Under the pieces are notes generated by a model. The model was not told where the DNA came from. It saw only the letters and a program-made list of their open reading frames with translations, and ran no database searches. 64,000 bases of DNA from Escherichia phage vb_EcoM-VR5, in sequence record NC_028881.1. The stretch is one strand, 5' to 3'. The position numbers and the translations under genes are program-made. Positions 11,111 to 21,639 of this stretch are shown here, piece after piece. The number at the start of each line of letters is the position of its first letter. Within the stretch, counting starts at the first letter, position 1.

Positions 11111-11585
11111 TAAAGAGATTTCTATTCCTAAATTAGGTCTTAAACACCAGAAATTGGTTAAAGATGAAAAGGACCCTTATAAAGCTCTTCATATATTAAT
11201 GGATTCCATTTATAAGGGTTTAACTGCAGCAGAAACTGATTTTGCTGCACTCCATCTTTTAGAATTCAACGGACGGCTAAAAGAAAAAGTAACCAAAGAC
11301 GGGTTTACATATAATCTAAATGACCTTTATATCTGTCAACGTCTTGAATTCCAATTCCAAGGTAAAACGTTTAAATTTAAATCACACAATCCATTCCAAA
11401 CATTTGGTCCTGTTGATAGTGTACTACAATCTCTTTATCTTGGTGATGATGTACCAGATTTTCTGGATATGCCTGCCTTTGTTGCGACATGGGCCGACGA
11501 TATAACTTCTACTGTAGCTATCCCTGGTCCTAATGGTCCTATTAAAGGATTGCTTAAAATCATGGATATCTTAAATGAAGAATGA
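11064..11585 (+). CDS. 28: baseplate hub distal subunit gp28
   Basis: ORF trimmed to ATG at 11064 ([11 protein letters not shown]...), 173 aa, overlapping the gp27 3' end as in T4. Confidence 0.7.
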   Translation: MNLKLILPIKKITLGDKEISIPKLGLKHQKLVKDEKDPYKALHILMDSIYKGLTAAETDFAALHLLEFNGRLKEKVTKDGFTYNLNDLYICQRLEFQFQGKTFKFKSHNPFQTFGPVDSVLQSLYLGDDVPDFLDMPAFVATWADDITSTVAIPGPNGPIKGLLKIMDILNEE

Positions 11586-13311
11586 ATCTAATCAGAATAG
11601 TTTTCGTCGCAATAAACTGATTGAAGAAATGGCTCCTCAGCGTCGTGCTGAGGCGCTAGCCCAAACTCAGAACGACGAATTAGGGAATATAACAGAAGCT
11701 TTATCAGAAACCCAGGCGACGTCTGAATTGCTCTCTGAAGTTGTTGAAACAAAGTCTAATCAGATTATTAGTTCTGTAGACCGAGTAGATAAAAGTGTCC
11801 AAGATGTTGTCGCCGGAACAGAATTAACAGCTGAAGCTATATCAGAACAGACCCAACAATCTAAAGCTCTTTCAGACGCATTAAACGAAAAGATTAATAA
11901 GCTTTCTAATATGTTGGAGGCTAAATTTTCTGGTATTTCTATACCTCCAGAAGGGAGCTCGCTAAAGGTTATTGAGGACTCTATTCCAGAAGAACCTAAG
12001 GCCGAAACTCCTAAAGTCCCGGCAGTTATTGAAGATATTCTCCCGCCGGAAGATAATAAACCTGATGCTGAATTTGTACCAGAGCCTCCTAAAAATTCGG
12101 ATGAAGGTGGAGAAGGTGGTAAGAGTTCTCTTTCTGATAAAATTGAAGCCCTTACAAAAATAACCGAAAAAGGATTTAAAGCTTCTGTAAGCGTAGCCGA
12201 TAGAATTTCAGGTATGCTTTTTAAGTATACCATTACTGCTGCCGCTGAAGCAGCTAAACTGGCCGCTGGTCTGGTCCTTTTAATATTTGGTATAGATGCC
12301 ATTAGAGTTTACTTCCAATATTTTATGAAGCAATTTGAAGCCGGTTGGAAAGAATTTAATGAAAAGTTTAAAGAGTGGGGACCCGTACTTGAAGGATTAA
12401 TGACTTGGGCCAAGAATGCTGAAGCCATGTTTAGTGAAGGAAATTGGCTAGGCCTGGCTGAAGCTATTATTCGTGGTATGGTTAATCTTACTAAAAATAT
12501 GGCACAACTTTTAATGCTTGGTATTTCTAAGTTGATTTCAGCTATTTTAAGTAAAATACCTGGTATGGGTGATTTAGCTGAAAATGTAGAGGCGTCCGCT
12601 TTAATGTCGTATCAACAAAATACAGGAGCCACTTTAGATGACGAAGACCAAACTAAAGTAGCCAAGTACCATGATAGACGTTCAGCAGAGGCTTTAGAAA
12701 CAGCCGAGAAAATGAATAAGAAGTATAAAGATAAACCTGAGCTTATAAACCAGGCAGAGAAATACGGTAACCTTACCAAAGAACAAGCTGACCAGTTACG
12801 TGCAGGTGGTATTGACACAAGCTTCCGCGATCTCCCTGAAGAAGAACGTTTGGACTATTTCAAGAAACGTGATAAAGCCCAGGCTGATATTATTCGTTTA
12901 ACCCAAACCGCTGATAATATAATGAAGCCTGATTCTAAAGATATCGAAAACGCTAAGGCATTTAAAGCGGATATCGAGAAACAATTAGCCGACCCTATTA
13001 TGGCTAAAGGTGGAGCACCCAAAGACCTTAATATTCAGCAATTACTTGATAAGATGAATAACTCTTTAGAGAAATTTAATGATGCTGAAAAGCCTAAACC
13101 TGCTTCTGTAGCTGAAGCCCCTGAAACAGCTCAAGCTAAAAAGGTTGACGAGCAAATGAGAGCAAAGGAAAATGCTAAATATAGTCAGCAAGCTCCAACT
13201 CAAATAAATCAGCAAACGAATATCAAGAAAACGAGTAAGACTAGTTATAATTTACCACCACAGTCTTCTACTCCTGCCCCTGGTATGCGTCAAGCTACTA
13301 AAGTTAATTAG
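11575..13311 (+). CDS. 29: baseplate hub subunit / tail length determinator gp29
   Basis: 578-aa ORF with coiled-coil-rich and hydrophobic central segments; position and size as T4 gp29. Confidence 0.8.
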   Translation: MKNESNQNSFRRNKLIEEMAPQRRAEALAQTQNDELGNITEALSETQATSELLSEVVETKSNQIISSVDRVDKSVQDVVAGTELTAEAISEQTQQSKALSDALNEKINKLSNMLEAKFSGISIPPEGSSLKVIEDSIPEEPKAETPKVPAVIEDILPPEDNKPDAEFVPEPPKNSDEGGEGGKSSLSDKIEALTKITEKGFKASVSVADRISGMLFKYTITAAAEAAKLAAGLVLLIFGIDAIRVYFQYFMKQFEAGWKEFNEKFKEWGPVLEGLMTWAKNAEAMFSEGNWLGLAEAIIRGMVNLTKNMAQLLMLGISKLISAILSKIPGMGDLAENVEASALMSYQQNTGATLDDEDQTKVAKYHDRRSAEALETAEKMNKKYKDKPELINQAEKYGNLTKEQADQLRAGGIDTSFRDLPEEERLDYFKKRDKAQADIIRLTQTADNIMKPDSKDIENAKAFKADIEKQLADPIMAKGGAPKDLNIQQLLDKMNNSLEKFNDAEKPKPASVAEAPETAQAKKVDEQMRAKENAKYSQQAPTQINQQTNIKKTSKTSYNLPPQSSTPAPGMRQATKVN

Positions 13312-13313
13312 GA

Positions 13314-14408
13314 TTGATAATGAAAGTAAAAGAAATTGACATTGACGTAGCCTCCTTATTTAAAGGAGGTTCAAAAACCTCCGCGGGACAATCTAAAGCT
13401 AAACCGGTCCAAACTACGGTAACAGCCCAGTATCCAGCAGAGAGGGCTTCCGGTAATGATACTTCTACAGATATGGTACTAAACGATTTATATAAAAATG
13501 GTTTACTTTTTACAGCATATAATTTTAGCTCTCGTGTATCACCCGATTTGCGTAATGACCGTTCGAGCCAAATGACTAAAAAGTTTTCAAAAGCCGCTAA
13601 TAAACTTACCGGTAATACTGGTGGGTTCAGTGCGGTTAAAAACTTGTTTAGTAGCAACTCTAAAGGAGTAAAATTTGATAGCCAGGCTTTAGCAAACATT
13701 TTACTCCCACGTTCCAAGTCTGATGTGGATTCGGTCACCCATAAATTTAATGATGTAGGCGAATCATTAATTACTAAAGGCGGTGGTACTGCTACAGGTA
13801 TTTTGAGTAACGTTGCTAGTACGGCGGTATTTGGTGCATTGGAATCTGTAACTAATGGGGTAATGGCTGATTCAGGAGAACAGATATATACCACAGCTCG
13901 TAGTATGTACGCAGGACCTGATAACCGTACTAAAGTATTTACTTGGGAAATGACCCCTAGAAATGCTCAGGACCTTATCCAGATTATCAAAATATACGAA
14001 ATCTTTAATTATTATTCTTATGGCGAAACAGGCAACTCCGCCTTCGCAGGTGAATTAAAAGAGAAGATTGACACATGGTACAGGTCTACATTTAAAAAAG
14101 AAGCTATTGATAACTTTGATGGTAAGCTATTAGGAGAAGGTATTACAAGTTTCCTTTCCAATGTTATTGTAGTAAGTAACCCAACCATTTGGTATATTCG
14201 AAACTTTGGCGATACAAGTTCATATGACGGGCGCGAAGATATTTTTGGGCCGTGTCAAATCCAGAGTATACGATTTGACAAAACTCCCGATGGGCATTTT
14301 AATGGTTTGGCTATTGCTCCTAACTTACCATCTACATTTAGTTTAGAAGTTACTTTCCGTGAAATCATTACTTTGAACCGTGGCTCACTTTATACGGAAG
14401 GATTCTAA
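13314..14408 (+). CDS. 48: baseplate tail tube cap gp48
   Basis: 364-aa ORF, identical length to T4 gp48, between 29 and 54. Confidence 0.8.
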   Translation: MIMKVKEIDIDVASLFKGGSKTSAGQSKAKPVQTTVTAQYPAERASGNDTSTDMVLNDLYKNGLLFTAYNFSSRVSPDLRNDRSSQMTKKFSKAANKLTGNTGGFSAVKNLFSSNSKGVKFDSQALANILLPRSKSDVDSVTHKFNDVGESLITKGGGTATGILSNVASTAVFGALESVTNGVMADSGEQIYTTARSMYAGPDNRTKVFTWEMTPRNAQDLIQIIKIYEIFNYYSYGETGNSAFAGELKEKIDTWYRSTFKKEAIDNFDGKLLGEGITSFLSNVIVVSNPTIWYIRNFGDTSSYDGREDIFGPCQIQSIRFDKTPDGHFNGLAIAPNLPSTFSLEVTFREIITLNRGSLYTEGF

Positions 14409-15361
14409 TGTATACTTTACAAGAATTTCAGAATCAGGCAATTAATATTGACCTACAAAGGAATAACCTGTTTAGCGTAGTATTTGCTACAGTTCCTTCT
14501 TCTAAATCCCAAGCGCTCCTCGACCAGTTCGGTGGAGCTTTATTTAACAACATCCCTTTAAATACAGATTTGTTGGGTATTACACAAGGAGAGTTGACTC
14601 AAGGTGTTACGACATTAGTGACAGCGGGCACTCAGAAGTTGATTCGTAAGTCAGGCATAAGTAAATATCTGATTGGTGCTATGTCATCCAGGGTTGTGCA
14701 GAGTTTACTAGGTGAGTTTGAAGTCGGGACTTATCTTATGGATTTTTTCAATATGGCTTATCCTACTGCAGGGCTTTTAGTCCATGCAGTTAAAATCCCG
14801 GATAACACGTTGAATTATGAAATGGACCTTAACCATAACTCTCCTAATATAAAAATCACCGGAAGAGAATATTCCCCATTAGTATTAAGCTTCCGTATGG
14901 ATTCTGAAGCTGCTAACTATCGTGCTTTTAATGATTGGGTCAATAGTGTCCAAGACCCTATTACGCAGCTAAGAGCATTACCTGAAGATGTTGAAGCTGA
15001 CATCCAAGTTAACCTTCATTCTCGTAATGGATTGCCGCATACGGTAGTAATGCTTAATGGATGCGTTCCTGTTAGTGTTTCATCACCGGAATTATCCTAC
15101 GACGGTGATAACCAAATTGCTTCGTTTGATGTTACATTTGCTTATAGAAGTATACAGACAGGTGCAGTTGGTAAACAAGCTGCTTACGAATGGTTGGAAG
15201 ATAAAGTCCTTAAAGGTGTAGCGGGTCTAAGTGAGAGTAACTCATTAAGTTCTTCTGTAGCTAAATTGAGTAGACTTTCAGGAGCTTCTAGTGGATTGAC
15301 TGGATTGGTTAATACATTTGGCGGGCGTGCTATCAATAACGGAATATCAAGGTTGTTATAA
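14408..15361 (+). CDS. 54: baseplate tail tube initiator gp54
   Basis: 317-aa ORF following gp48 with overlapping stop/start; size as T4 gp54. Confidence 0.8.
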   Translation: MYTLQEFQNQAINIDLQRNNLFSVVFATVPSSKSQALLDQFGGALFNNIPLNTDLLGITQGELTQGVTTLVTAGTQKLIRKSGISKYLIGAMSSRVVQSLLGEFEVGTYLMDFFNMAYPTAGLLVHAVKIPDNTLNYEMDLNHNSPNIKITGREYSPLVLSFRMDSEAANYRAFNDWVNSVQDPITQLRALPEDVEADIQVNLHSRNGLPHTVVMLNGCVPVSVSSPELSYDGDNQIASFDVTFAYRSIQTGAVGKQAAYEWLEDKVLKGVAGLSESNSLSSSVAKLSRLSGASSGLTGLVNTFGGRAINNGISRLL

Positions 15362-15368
15362 CAAAAAA

Positions 15369-15386
15369 GGAGAGCGTATGCTCTCC
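15369..15386. terminator. hairpin between convergent gp54 and the alt-side genes
   Basis: ggagagc-gtat-gctctcc preceded by A-run and followed by T-rich sequence. Confidence 0.6.
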
Positions 15387-15395
15387 TTTAGGGGT

Positions 15396-15686
15396 TTACT
15401 TACGGAACGAAATGAAACCTGCTGCAGTCATTAAGGGTTGCTTTTTAACAAATACAGTAACTGAAATAGGAGCTTCGGATTCAAGCTGACCTGTCACTAC
15501 ACCATTAAAGATGTTTTCGGTTTGCTCAGGTTGTGAAAAATTTTCAACCGGGCGTAAGTCGAACTGCTTGTCTTCACCGAAAACACGACGTAATTCATTA
15601 CCTACTGCACTGTCGAACTCTTCAGAAGCCGGGATAACGTTTTCAACTACCAGTTCTTGACCATTAAAGCGGAATGATGATTTCAT
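15396..15686 (-). CDS. hypothetical protein downstream of alt
   Basis: 96-aa ORF with GAGGAG RBS and an early-promoter cassette upstream. Confidence 0.55.
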   Translation of the reverse strand: MKSSFRFNGQELVVENVIPASEEFDSAVGNELRRVFGEDKQFDLRPVENFSQPEQTENIFNGVVTGQLESEAPISVTVFVKKQPLMTAAGFISFRK

Positions 15687-15714
15687 AATGTTCTCCTCAT
15701 GTTTGTGTAAGGTA

Positions 15715-15744
15715 ATAGTACCACATCCTTGTGGTGTTGTAAAC
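15715..15744 (-). promoter_or_regulatory. early promoter / PeSL-like cassette
   Basis: Minus strand GTTTAC-(18 nt)-TACTAT with inverted repeat; leader identical to the one upstream of alc (32257-32313). Confidence 0.55.
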
Positions 15745-15746
15745 TG

Positions 15747-17795
15747 TTATCTGAATTTTTCCGGAAGGGCATTGATATCAGTCAATGCACACAGGATTTT
15801 ATCAACTTCGTTATCTGAAGCTTCTTTAGATTCTGTAAGGAACCCAGAGAAAGATAATGTTTTGTTTACTGGTTCCAACTTACCGGATTCCAAGAACAAA
15901 TCACCGTCGTAAACTACTTCGCTTTCGGCGACGATACGGTCCAGGTCCATTACTTCACACTCTAACAAGAAACGGTTAAAGGATTTAGACAGGCTAGCCG
16001 TAGTGGTCTTGTTAACTCGCAGTGTAGTACCACGTGGCAACAGAACTTCAGCCTCTTCAGGGTATTCAGACAAACTACCTGGCATAATAACCTTAATCTT
16101 CTCAATACCACGAATAACAAATGAGATATCAATCTTAGAATTACCTTCGGTTTTCAGTGCATTAGTTACTGTCTGGTTAGCATCTTGTGAACGCCAATCA
16201 TCAGAGAATGCATGACCATCAGTATAAGTAGACGAGAAGTCATCTAATGTGATACCCATACCATTGCCGGACATTTGTCCAGGAACGTTACTAAAAATGT
16301 TAGGCTTCAACGAAGTAGAAACATAGTTACGGAAGTAGAATGTACGGCCTGTAATATTGCGACGAAGAGTATTAGAATCACCACCCTGACCACGATAAAC
16401 CGTAGTACCCTTAGGCAAAGTTACACCTTTAGAGAACGCGCTATCAAGTTTCTCAATTTCACCTTCAACAAACTTAATGGAAGTATCCTCATCAGGAGTA
16501 CCAAGCAAGAACGTGTTAATATCATAGAACGAGTTCATACAATATTCTGATACAGCCTGTTTTTCTTCCTTGGTAAGGTCTGCTTCTGGTTCAACGTTCT
16601 GGGCCACTTCATACGAATTGGTAAAAACATCATCAATCATCTGAGTAATAATAGCCATAGGACGTTGAAGAGCCTGGGCCTTAACATCTACATCTACCGA
16701 AGAACCTGCAGTAATTTCACGAACAATTCTTTGCATGATTTCGTACGAGTTTGTAGTATCAAGATTTTTAAATTCTTCAGCCATCAATCTAACGATGTCA
16801 GAAGGGTAATTTCTGGTACGTAGCTTACCTTTAGCTTCGGATAATGCATCCATTAAAGAAGATACTTGAGGTGATAAACCGGAACTAGACGAAATATTAA
16901 TATAAGCCAATTCAGATTGGGTTTTCTTAGCAAAGGTCTTCATAGAGGCTTCAAATGATTCGAATTCTTTAGATTTCTTACCATCTGATTTATATAAAGG
17001 AACTTCGTCATCATACTTAGCAAAGATTTTAGCAGTCTCTGCATCGGCCTCAATATTTTCAGGAGTAACTGCGTATTGAGCCGCAATAGTAGCACGAACG
17101 TTTAATTTAGTACGAGAGATAACAGCCTTATCGGTACGCTTTTCTTCAACCTGCGCTACAGAAGCTACAACGGCTTCAACCTTACTTACGGCTTGGCCAG
17201 TTTTCTTGGAAACATAAACTTCGCCAACTTTAGAATCAACTTTAGTATAAAGGTCAGCATCAATTTCCGGCATGCCTTTGATGTCTTCGATATTCGCACC
17301 ACGACGTACTAAAAGAACGTAAGTATGTTTACCGCTGAACTGGAACATATCATTAACAACTTTAAACTTACCACCTGTACGAGCCATGGCCAAACGAGCC
17401 AATACACGTTGTACAGTAGGACCCTTACCTTTCATTTTCTTAGTAGGGAAACGGAACAGAACTGCATCCATTTTAAGTTTATTTACTTGTTCATATACCG
17501 TATCGAAAATAGTATTCAATGCACCAAGTGGGTCAGAACCAAGTCCACCTTTGAGTTCAGCCGGGGCACCTTTGCTTGACAAACTCATTAGAATAACATG
17601 AACATATTTGTCACCTGGCTTAACCATTTTAACTGCGTCTCCTTGAGACGCATAAGATACCATACGAGCCACAAGGTTATCATTACCTGGTGCTTGGATA
17701 GAGAAAATCTGTGGGATACCGGAACCTGGTTTAAGATTTGTTACTGGATAGTTTTTAGCTGAATCACTATCAAAAACTTCGTTTAAATTTTCCAT
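15747..17795 (-). CDS. alt: Alt-type ADP-ribosyltransferase (paralog A)
   Basis: 682 aa (same as T4 Alt); C-terminal ART motifs present (YRGQ arginine, VSTSL, EAE); N-terminal LNE motif resembling prohead-protease processing sites. Confidence 0.85.
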   Translation of the reverse strand: MENLNEVFDSDSAKNYPVTNLKPGSGIPQIFSIQAPGNDNLVARMVSYASQGDAVKMVKPGDKYVHVILMSLSSKGAPAELKGGLGSDPLGALNTIFDTVYEQVNKLKMDAVLFRFPTKKMKGKGPTVQRVLARLAMARTGGKFKVVNDMFQFSGKHTYVLLVRRGANIEDIKGMPEIDADLYTKVDSKVGEVYVSKKTGQAVSKVEAVVASVAQVEEKRTDKAVISRTKLNVRATIAAQYAVTPENIEADAETAKIFAKYDDEVPLYKSDGKKSKEFESFEASMKTFAKKTQSELAYINISSSSGLSPQVSSLMDALSEAKGKLRTRNYPSDIVRLMAEEFKNLDTTNSYEIMQRIVREITAGSSVDVDVKAQALQRPMAIITQMIDDVFTNSYEVAQNVEPEADLTKEEKQAVSEYCMNSFYDINTFLLGTPDEDTSIKFVEGEIEKLDSAFSKGVTLPKGTTVYRGQGGDSNTLRRNITGRTFYFRNYVSTSLKPNIFSNVPGQMSGNGMGITLDDFSSTYTDGHAFSDDWRSQDANQTVTNALKTEGNSKIDISFVIRGIEKIKVIMPGSLSEYPEEAEVLLPRGTTLRVNKTTTASLSKSFNRFLLECEVMDLDRIVAESEVVYDGDLFLESGKLEPVNKTLSFSGFLTESKEASDNEVDKILCALTDINALPEKFR

Positions 17796-17798
17796 TAT

Positions 17799-19853
17799 TT
17801 ACCCTTGGATGAATTTTTCTGGCATATCATTAAGATTCATACATGATGCTAAAAGAGGTAGTACATCAAACTTAGTTGATTTTACAAATGAGTCAAAAGA
17901 TACAGGGTTTTCGGTAGTATCGAAATCATCTTGATACACAACCAATTCACCGGTTTCCATTAACATGTTTCCATCATATACTACTGACTCTTGAAGCTCA
18001 TCTGATGTCATAACTTCGGCTTGAACTAATTTATTATTAGTTTTAGAAGTACCGTCGTTATAAGAAGCATCTGTTATTTTATTAATTTTGAGCATTAACC
18101 CACGTGGAAGAATAATTTCCATTTCGTTAGAAGGAGCAAGACCTGCACCAGGGAACACCACGTTTATTTTGTGAGCACCTGAAATAGCCCAACCGATACC
18201 AACTTGGTCGTCATTAGACTTAACAAGTCCTTCATCCGATTTGTCTATGGAAACATCTAAACGGACTTCATCAGGCAGAGTACCTACTGAAGCATCTGTC
18301 ATCCAAGTACCAAAAATATTAGGATATAAAGATGTAGATACAAAGTTTCTGAAATAGAATACCTTGTTTTTAACCATTGCTTCGTAAATAGGTGGAATCA
18401 TTTTCTGGGAACGATACAGTGTAATTCCTTCTGGTAATCTATCACCATTTTTAAAAGCATCATCTAAGTTATCAATAGCTTTTTCGATTTCCGGGCCAGT
18501 CAAAATACTAGAACGAACTTCTGGATTGTATATACCTAAAAGTGCATTGTTCATATCTTCATAACCGGAACCAACATACTCACGGATACCACGTTTTTGT
18601 GCTGGAGTATACTGGGTTTCATCTCGGTTATCAACAATAGAGAACATTGTCCAACCGGCAGCCAATGCAAATCCACGAATTTCTTTTTTAATGACCTTAG
18701 TCTTAGCGACGTTCCAAGAGCTTTCAGACAATTCCATGGCTACAGTATAATCTAAATTAGAATGTTTAGCAAAGAATTTTCCTAACCAGGCACCTTTATA
18801 TTCTTCAAGAACTTCGTTTAGTACTGAAGCAAAACTGCTTAATGCATCCATAGACGTTATAGGCTTACCGTGGATTTTTTGGAATGCACGAACTTTAACA
18901 TCATGGTCGACTTCTTTTATTTTGCTTTTAGTTACTATTCCGCTATCGGCAAAGGCATCACCAACACCATTTATATTTGTAACTGTATTAAGAACACTTT
19001 CTAAAGAAAACGATGCGGTAGAAATAGTAGATAATTCGTTAGATTGTGGAATAAGTGGCGCGGTAGCAGGTTTACTTAATTCGGATGCAGAAGCTTCAAA
19101 TTTGGTAAACATAGGTGTTTCAAAACGCGCTGATTCTAAGGATTGCGACATAGCAATAGCACGTCGTGAAATCTTGGTCTTAGTAATAACGGTTTTATCT
19201 GTACGGCGTTCTTCAACCTTAGCAATACTACCTGCAATAGCGGTTTCTTTAGTAACCTGTACACCTTCTTTTTTGCTTACATAAACATCACCAACATCAG
19301 AATCAACTTTAGTATAAAGTTCAGCATTAATTTCTGGAATACCTTTGATGTCTTCAATATTAGCTTGTTTACGGACAACTAAAATATAAGTATGCTTGCC
19401 AGTGAATTCATACATGGCAGGAACTACTTTAAAACGGCCACCAGTTTTCTGTGCAACTAAACGTTGAATAAGGCGCTGTACGATAGGACCTTGTCCTTTC
19501 ATTTTCTTAGTAGGAAAACGGAACATAACCGCGTCCATACGAAGTTTTTTAACTTGCTCGTATACTACATCAAAAATGGTATTAATAGCATCAATAGGAG
19601 TTGCTCCTAAGCCACCTTTTAATTCGGCAGGGGCGCCTTTGGCTGACAGACTCATTAAAATAACGTGAGCATATTTGTCGCCTAATTTAACTTGTTTGAT
19701 AGCATCACCTTCAGATGAATATGACACCATACGTGCTACCAATTGAGACTCAACGCCGCCAATCTTCCAAATCTGTGGTACTTTAAGTTTCGGGTTCAAG
19801 TTTACAGTAGGTAATGTACCTTCAGACTCGAACACTTCATTTAATTGGGTCAT
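17799..19853 (-). CDS. Alt-type ADP-ribosyltransferase (paralog B)
   Basis: 684 aa; N-terminal 230 aa highly similar to paralog A, central region divergent, ART motifs retained (YRSQ, VSTSL, EME). Confidence 0.8.
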   Translation of the reverse strand: MTQLNEVFESEGTLPTVNLNPKLKVPQIWKIGGVESQLVARMVSYSSEGDAIKQVKLGDKYAHVILMSLSAKGAPAELKGGLGATPIDAINTIFDVVYEQVKKLRMDAVMFRFPTKKMKGQGPIVQRLIQRLVAQKTGGRFKVVPAMYEFTGKHTYILVVRKQANIEDIKGIPEINAELYTKVDSDVGDVYVSKKEGVQVTKETAIAGSIAKVEERRTDKTVITKTKISRRAIAMSQSLESARFETPMFTKFEASASELSKPATAPLIPQSNELSTISTASFSLESVLNTVTNINGVGDAFADSGIVTKSKIKEVDHDVKVRAFQKIHGKPITSMDALSSFASVLNEVLEEYKGAWLGKFFAKHSNLDYTVAMELSESSWNVAKTKVIKKEIRGFALAAGWTMFSIVDNRDETQYTPAQKRGIREYVGSGYEDMNNALLGIYNPEVRSSILTGPEIEKAIDNLDDAFKNGDRLPEGITLYRSQKMIPPIYEAMVKNKVFYFRNFVSTSLYPNIFGTWMTDASVGTLPDEVRLDVSIDKSDEGLVKSNDDQVGIGWAISGAHKINVVFPGAGLAPSNEMEIILPRGLMLKINKITDASYNDGTSKTNNKLVQAEVMTSDELQESVVYDGNMLMETGELVVYQDDFDTTENPVSFDSFVKSTKFDVLPLLASCMNLNDMPEKFIQG

Positions 19854-19889
19854 AATAATTCCTCTCTAATAACCTTATTTATGCCATAA

Positions 19890-19903
19890 AGGGCCCGAAG
19901 GCC
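19890..19903 (-). terminator. GC tetraloop hairpin upstream of Alt paralog B
   Basis: gggcc-cgaa-ggccc (UUCG loop in minus-strand RNA) followed by T-rich tract on minus strand. Confidence 0.5.
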
Positions 19904-19907
19904 CATA

Positions 19908-20114
19908 TCAGTATAGTGGAACAATAGGGACTAAAGTTCGATATAGCTCGAAATTATATCCTTTTTCATATTTTGATAACTTTCCTGCAAATACTTCAAA
20001 CTCATCACGCGAGTTGAAATCAAGGATAGTCGTTGTTACAGAGGTAGAAACTTCACCAGAGCCGTTACCACCTTGACGTTGTGCAATAATAACTAATTCT
20101 AAATAAGCTTTCAT
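19908..20114 (-). CDS. hypothetical protein downstream of DNA ligase
   Basis: ORF trimmed to internal ATG (MKAYLELVII...) so that it abuts rather than overlaps the ligase stop; 68 aa. Confidence 0.5.
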   Translation of the reverse strand: MKAYLELVIIAQRQGGNGSGEVSTSVTTTILDFNSRDEFEVFAGKLSKYEKGYNFELYRTLVPIVPLY

Positions 20115-20115
20115 A

Positions 20116-21639
20116 TTAAAGTCCTGTCTGAGACCAATCACCAAATACGTCTTCAAACGTATCAGCTTCTGTTTTATCAAATCGCCAACCTTTAATGATT
20201 GGAAGGAAAATACCTACAGTATCAGTACGTCCTTTAGAATGAACCCAACCATTGCATTCACAATCAGCAATACGTCCAATCAACTTACCTTCACGTGCTT
20301 GTTTCATAAGAAGTTCACGGTCTAAATCAGGACGGTCTTCCAATGGAATCAACACCTTTTTACCTGATTTATCTTTCTTATGGGTAGTATCTTTAAAGCC
20401 GGAACCACAGTCACTTGTAATTCGACGACAACGTGATACTAACTCGACACCACCAAGTTTGTTAGGGTCTTTAGAGTGTTCATAATAACCTACTACTTCT
20501 AAAGCGATATCGATTACTTCTTTGAACTTGATAAGATTCTTAGAACGGCGGTTTTCCCAGTAGGAGTCCATGTTCTTAAGGATAATACCTTCCAGACCTT
20601 GGTCGACGTATTTTTTATAAACGACTTTAGCTTCAGCCAAATTGTTAACCCATTGGTTTTCAATAGCTTCAACACGTGTTGTACCATGCAATACGACATT
20701 ATGAGCAACCATAAGTTCTAAGGCAGTAAAGCGTACATCATACTTATCGCCTTTAATTTTACCTTCAGAATACACTACATCTAACGGAACGTAATCCCAC
20801 GCCTGTAATACCATGCCAGCAGCTTCAGTAGCAGAAATAGTTCCTTGAAGAGCTTTGTTAGCCAAGCCGTTTGATGTAGAACGATCGGCGACGGTTTGGA
20901 ATTCCTTTGCCTTACTTAATTCAGGGACTTCTTCATCAAACATGCTAAACAAGTCATTGGATGTTTTAGGTTCAACCTTAGGGGTATGGTAAACTAATTC
21001 ACCATCAATCATAACACCATTAGGATGACGTTTACGAGCTTCTTCAGTCATCACCATTAATTCGGCTGCCAAAAGATTAAGTCCTTGGTATTCATTACCA
21101 CCACGGGTAAGGAATGTAACACCCGAATCACGTACTTCAGCAAAGCAACGGGCCCCATCAGCTTTTAATTGAGCAAATGCGGGCCATTTAATATTTTTCT
21201 TAATCAGAGCTTCATCATAAGAACTAGCCAACATCTGAGGTTGTTCAGGGATTAAACCTTTCCAAACCTTGTTGGCAATAGAAATCGATGCACCACATTC
21301 AAGGTCCCGCATCATTACTCGACGTAAAACCTCAGCATCCGGACCCTTGGCATCAGCAATAATTTGGGCAAGTTCTTCAATAGCCGCATTACCTGTAATC
21401 TTACGGGTGGCTAGTGTGAACTCAGCGAAATCAAGAAGGTCTTCAAGTGTAATCATACCAAAGGATTGAGACGTAAATCCAGGTTCTGGCCACTTTTTAA
21501 TACCGTAGTTTAATCGACGCGTATAAGCCATACGATAAACACGTTTAAGAAGCTCATTATCCTTTTCACGAGCAATAATAGCTTCTTTAGCTTTAGTAGA
21601 ATCAATAGCAGCAATTTCGTTTAAAATATCTAAAATCAT
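20116..21639 (-). CDS. 30: ATP-dependent DNA ligase gp30
   Basis: 507 aa; extensive identity to T4 DNA ligase including AQLKADGARCF (KxDG adenylation motif) and FLPI...DKT..TFEDVFGD..TGL C-terminus. Confidence 0.95.
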   Translation of the reverse strand: MILDILNEIAAIDSTKAKEAIIAREKDNELLKRVYRMAYTRRLNYGIKKWPEPGFTSQSFGMITLEDLLDFAEFTLATRKITGNAAIEELAQIIADAKGPDAEVLRRVMMRDLECGASISIANKVWKGLIPEQPQMLASSYDEALIKKNIKWPAFAQLKADGARCFAEVRDSGVTFLTRGGNEYQGLNLLAAELMVMTEEARKRHPNGVMIDGELVYHTPKVEPKTSNDLFSMFDEEVPELSKAKEFQTVADRSTSNGLANKALQGTISATEAAGMVLQAWDYVPLDVVYSEGKIKGDKYDVRFTALELMVAHNVVLHGTTRVEAIENQWVNNLAEAKVVYKKYVDQGLEGIILKNMDSYWENRRSKNLIKFKEVIDIALEVVGYYEHSKDPNKLGGVELVSRCRRITSDCGSGFKDTTHKKDKSGKKVLIPLEDRPDLDRELLMKQAREGKLIGRIADCECNGWVHSKGRTDTVGIFLPIIKGWRFDKTEADTFEDVFGDWSQTGL

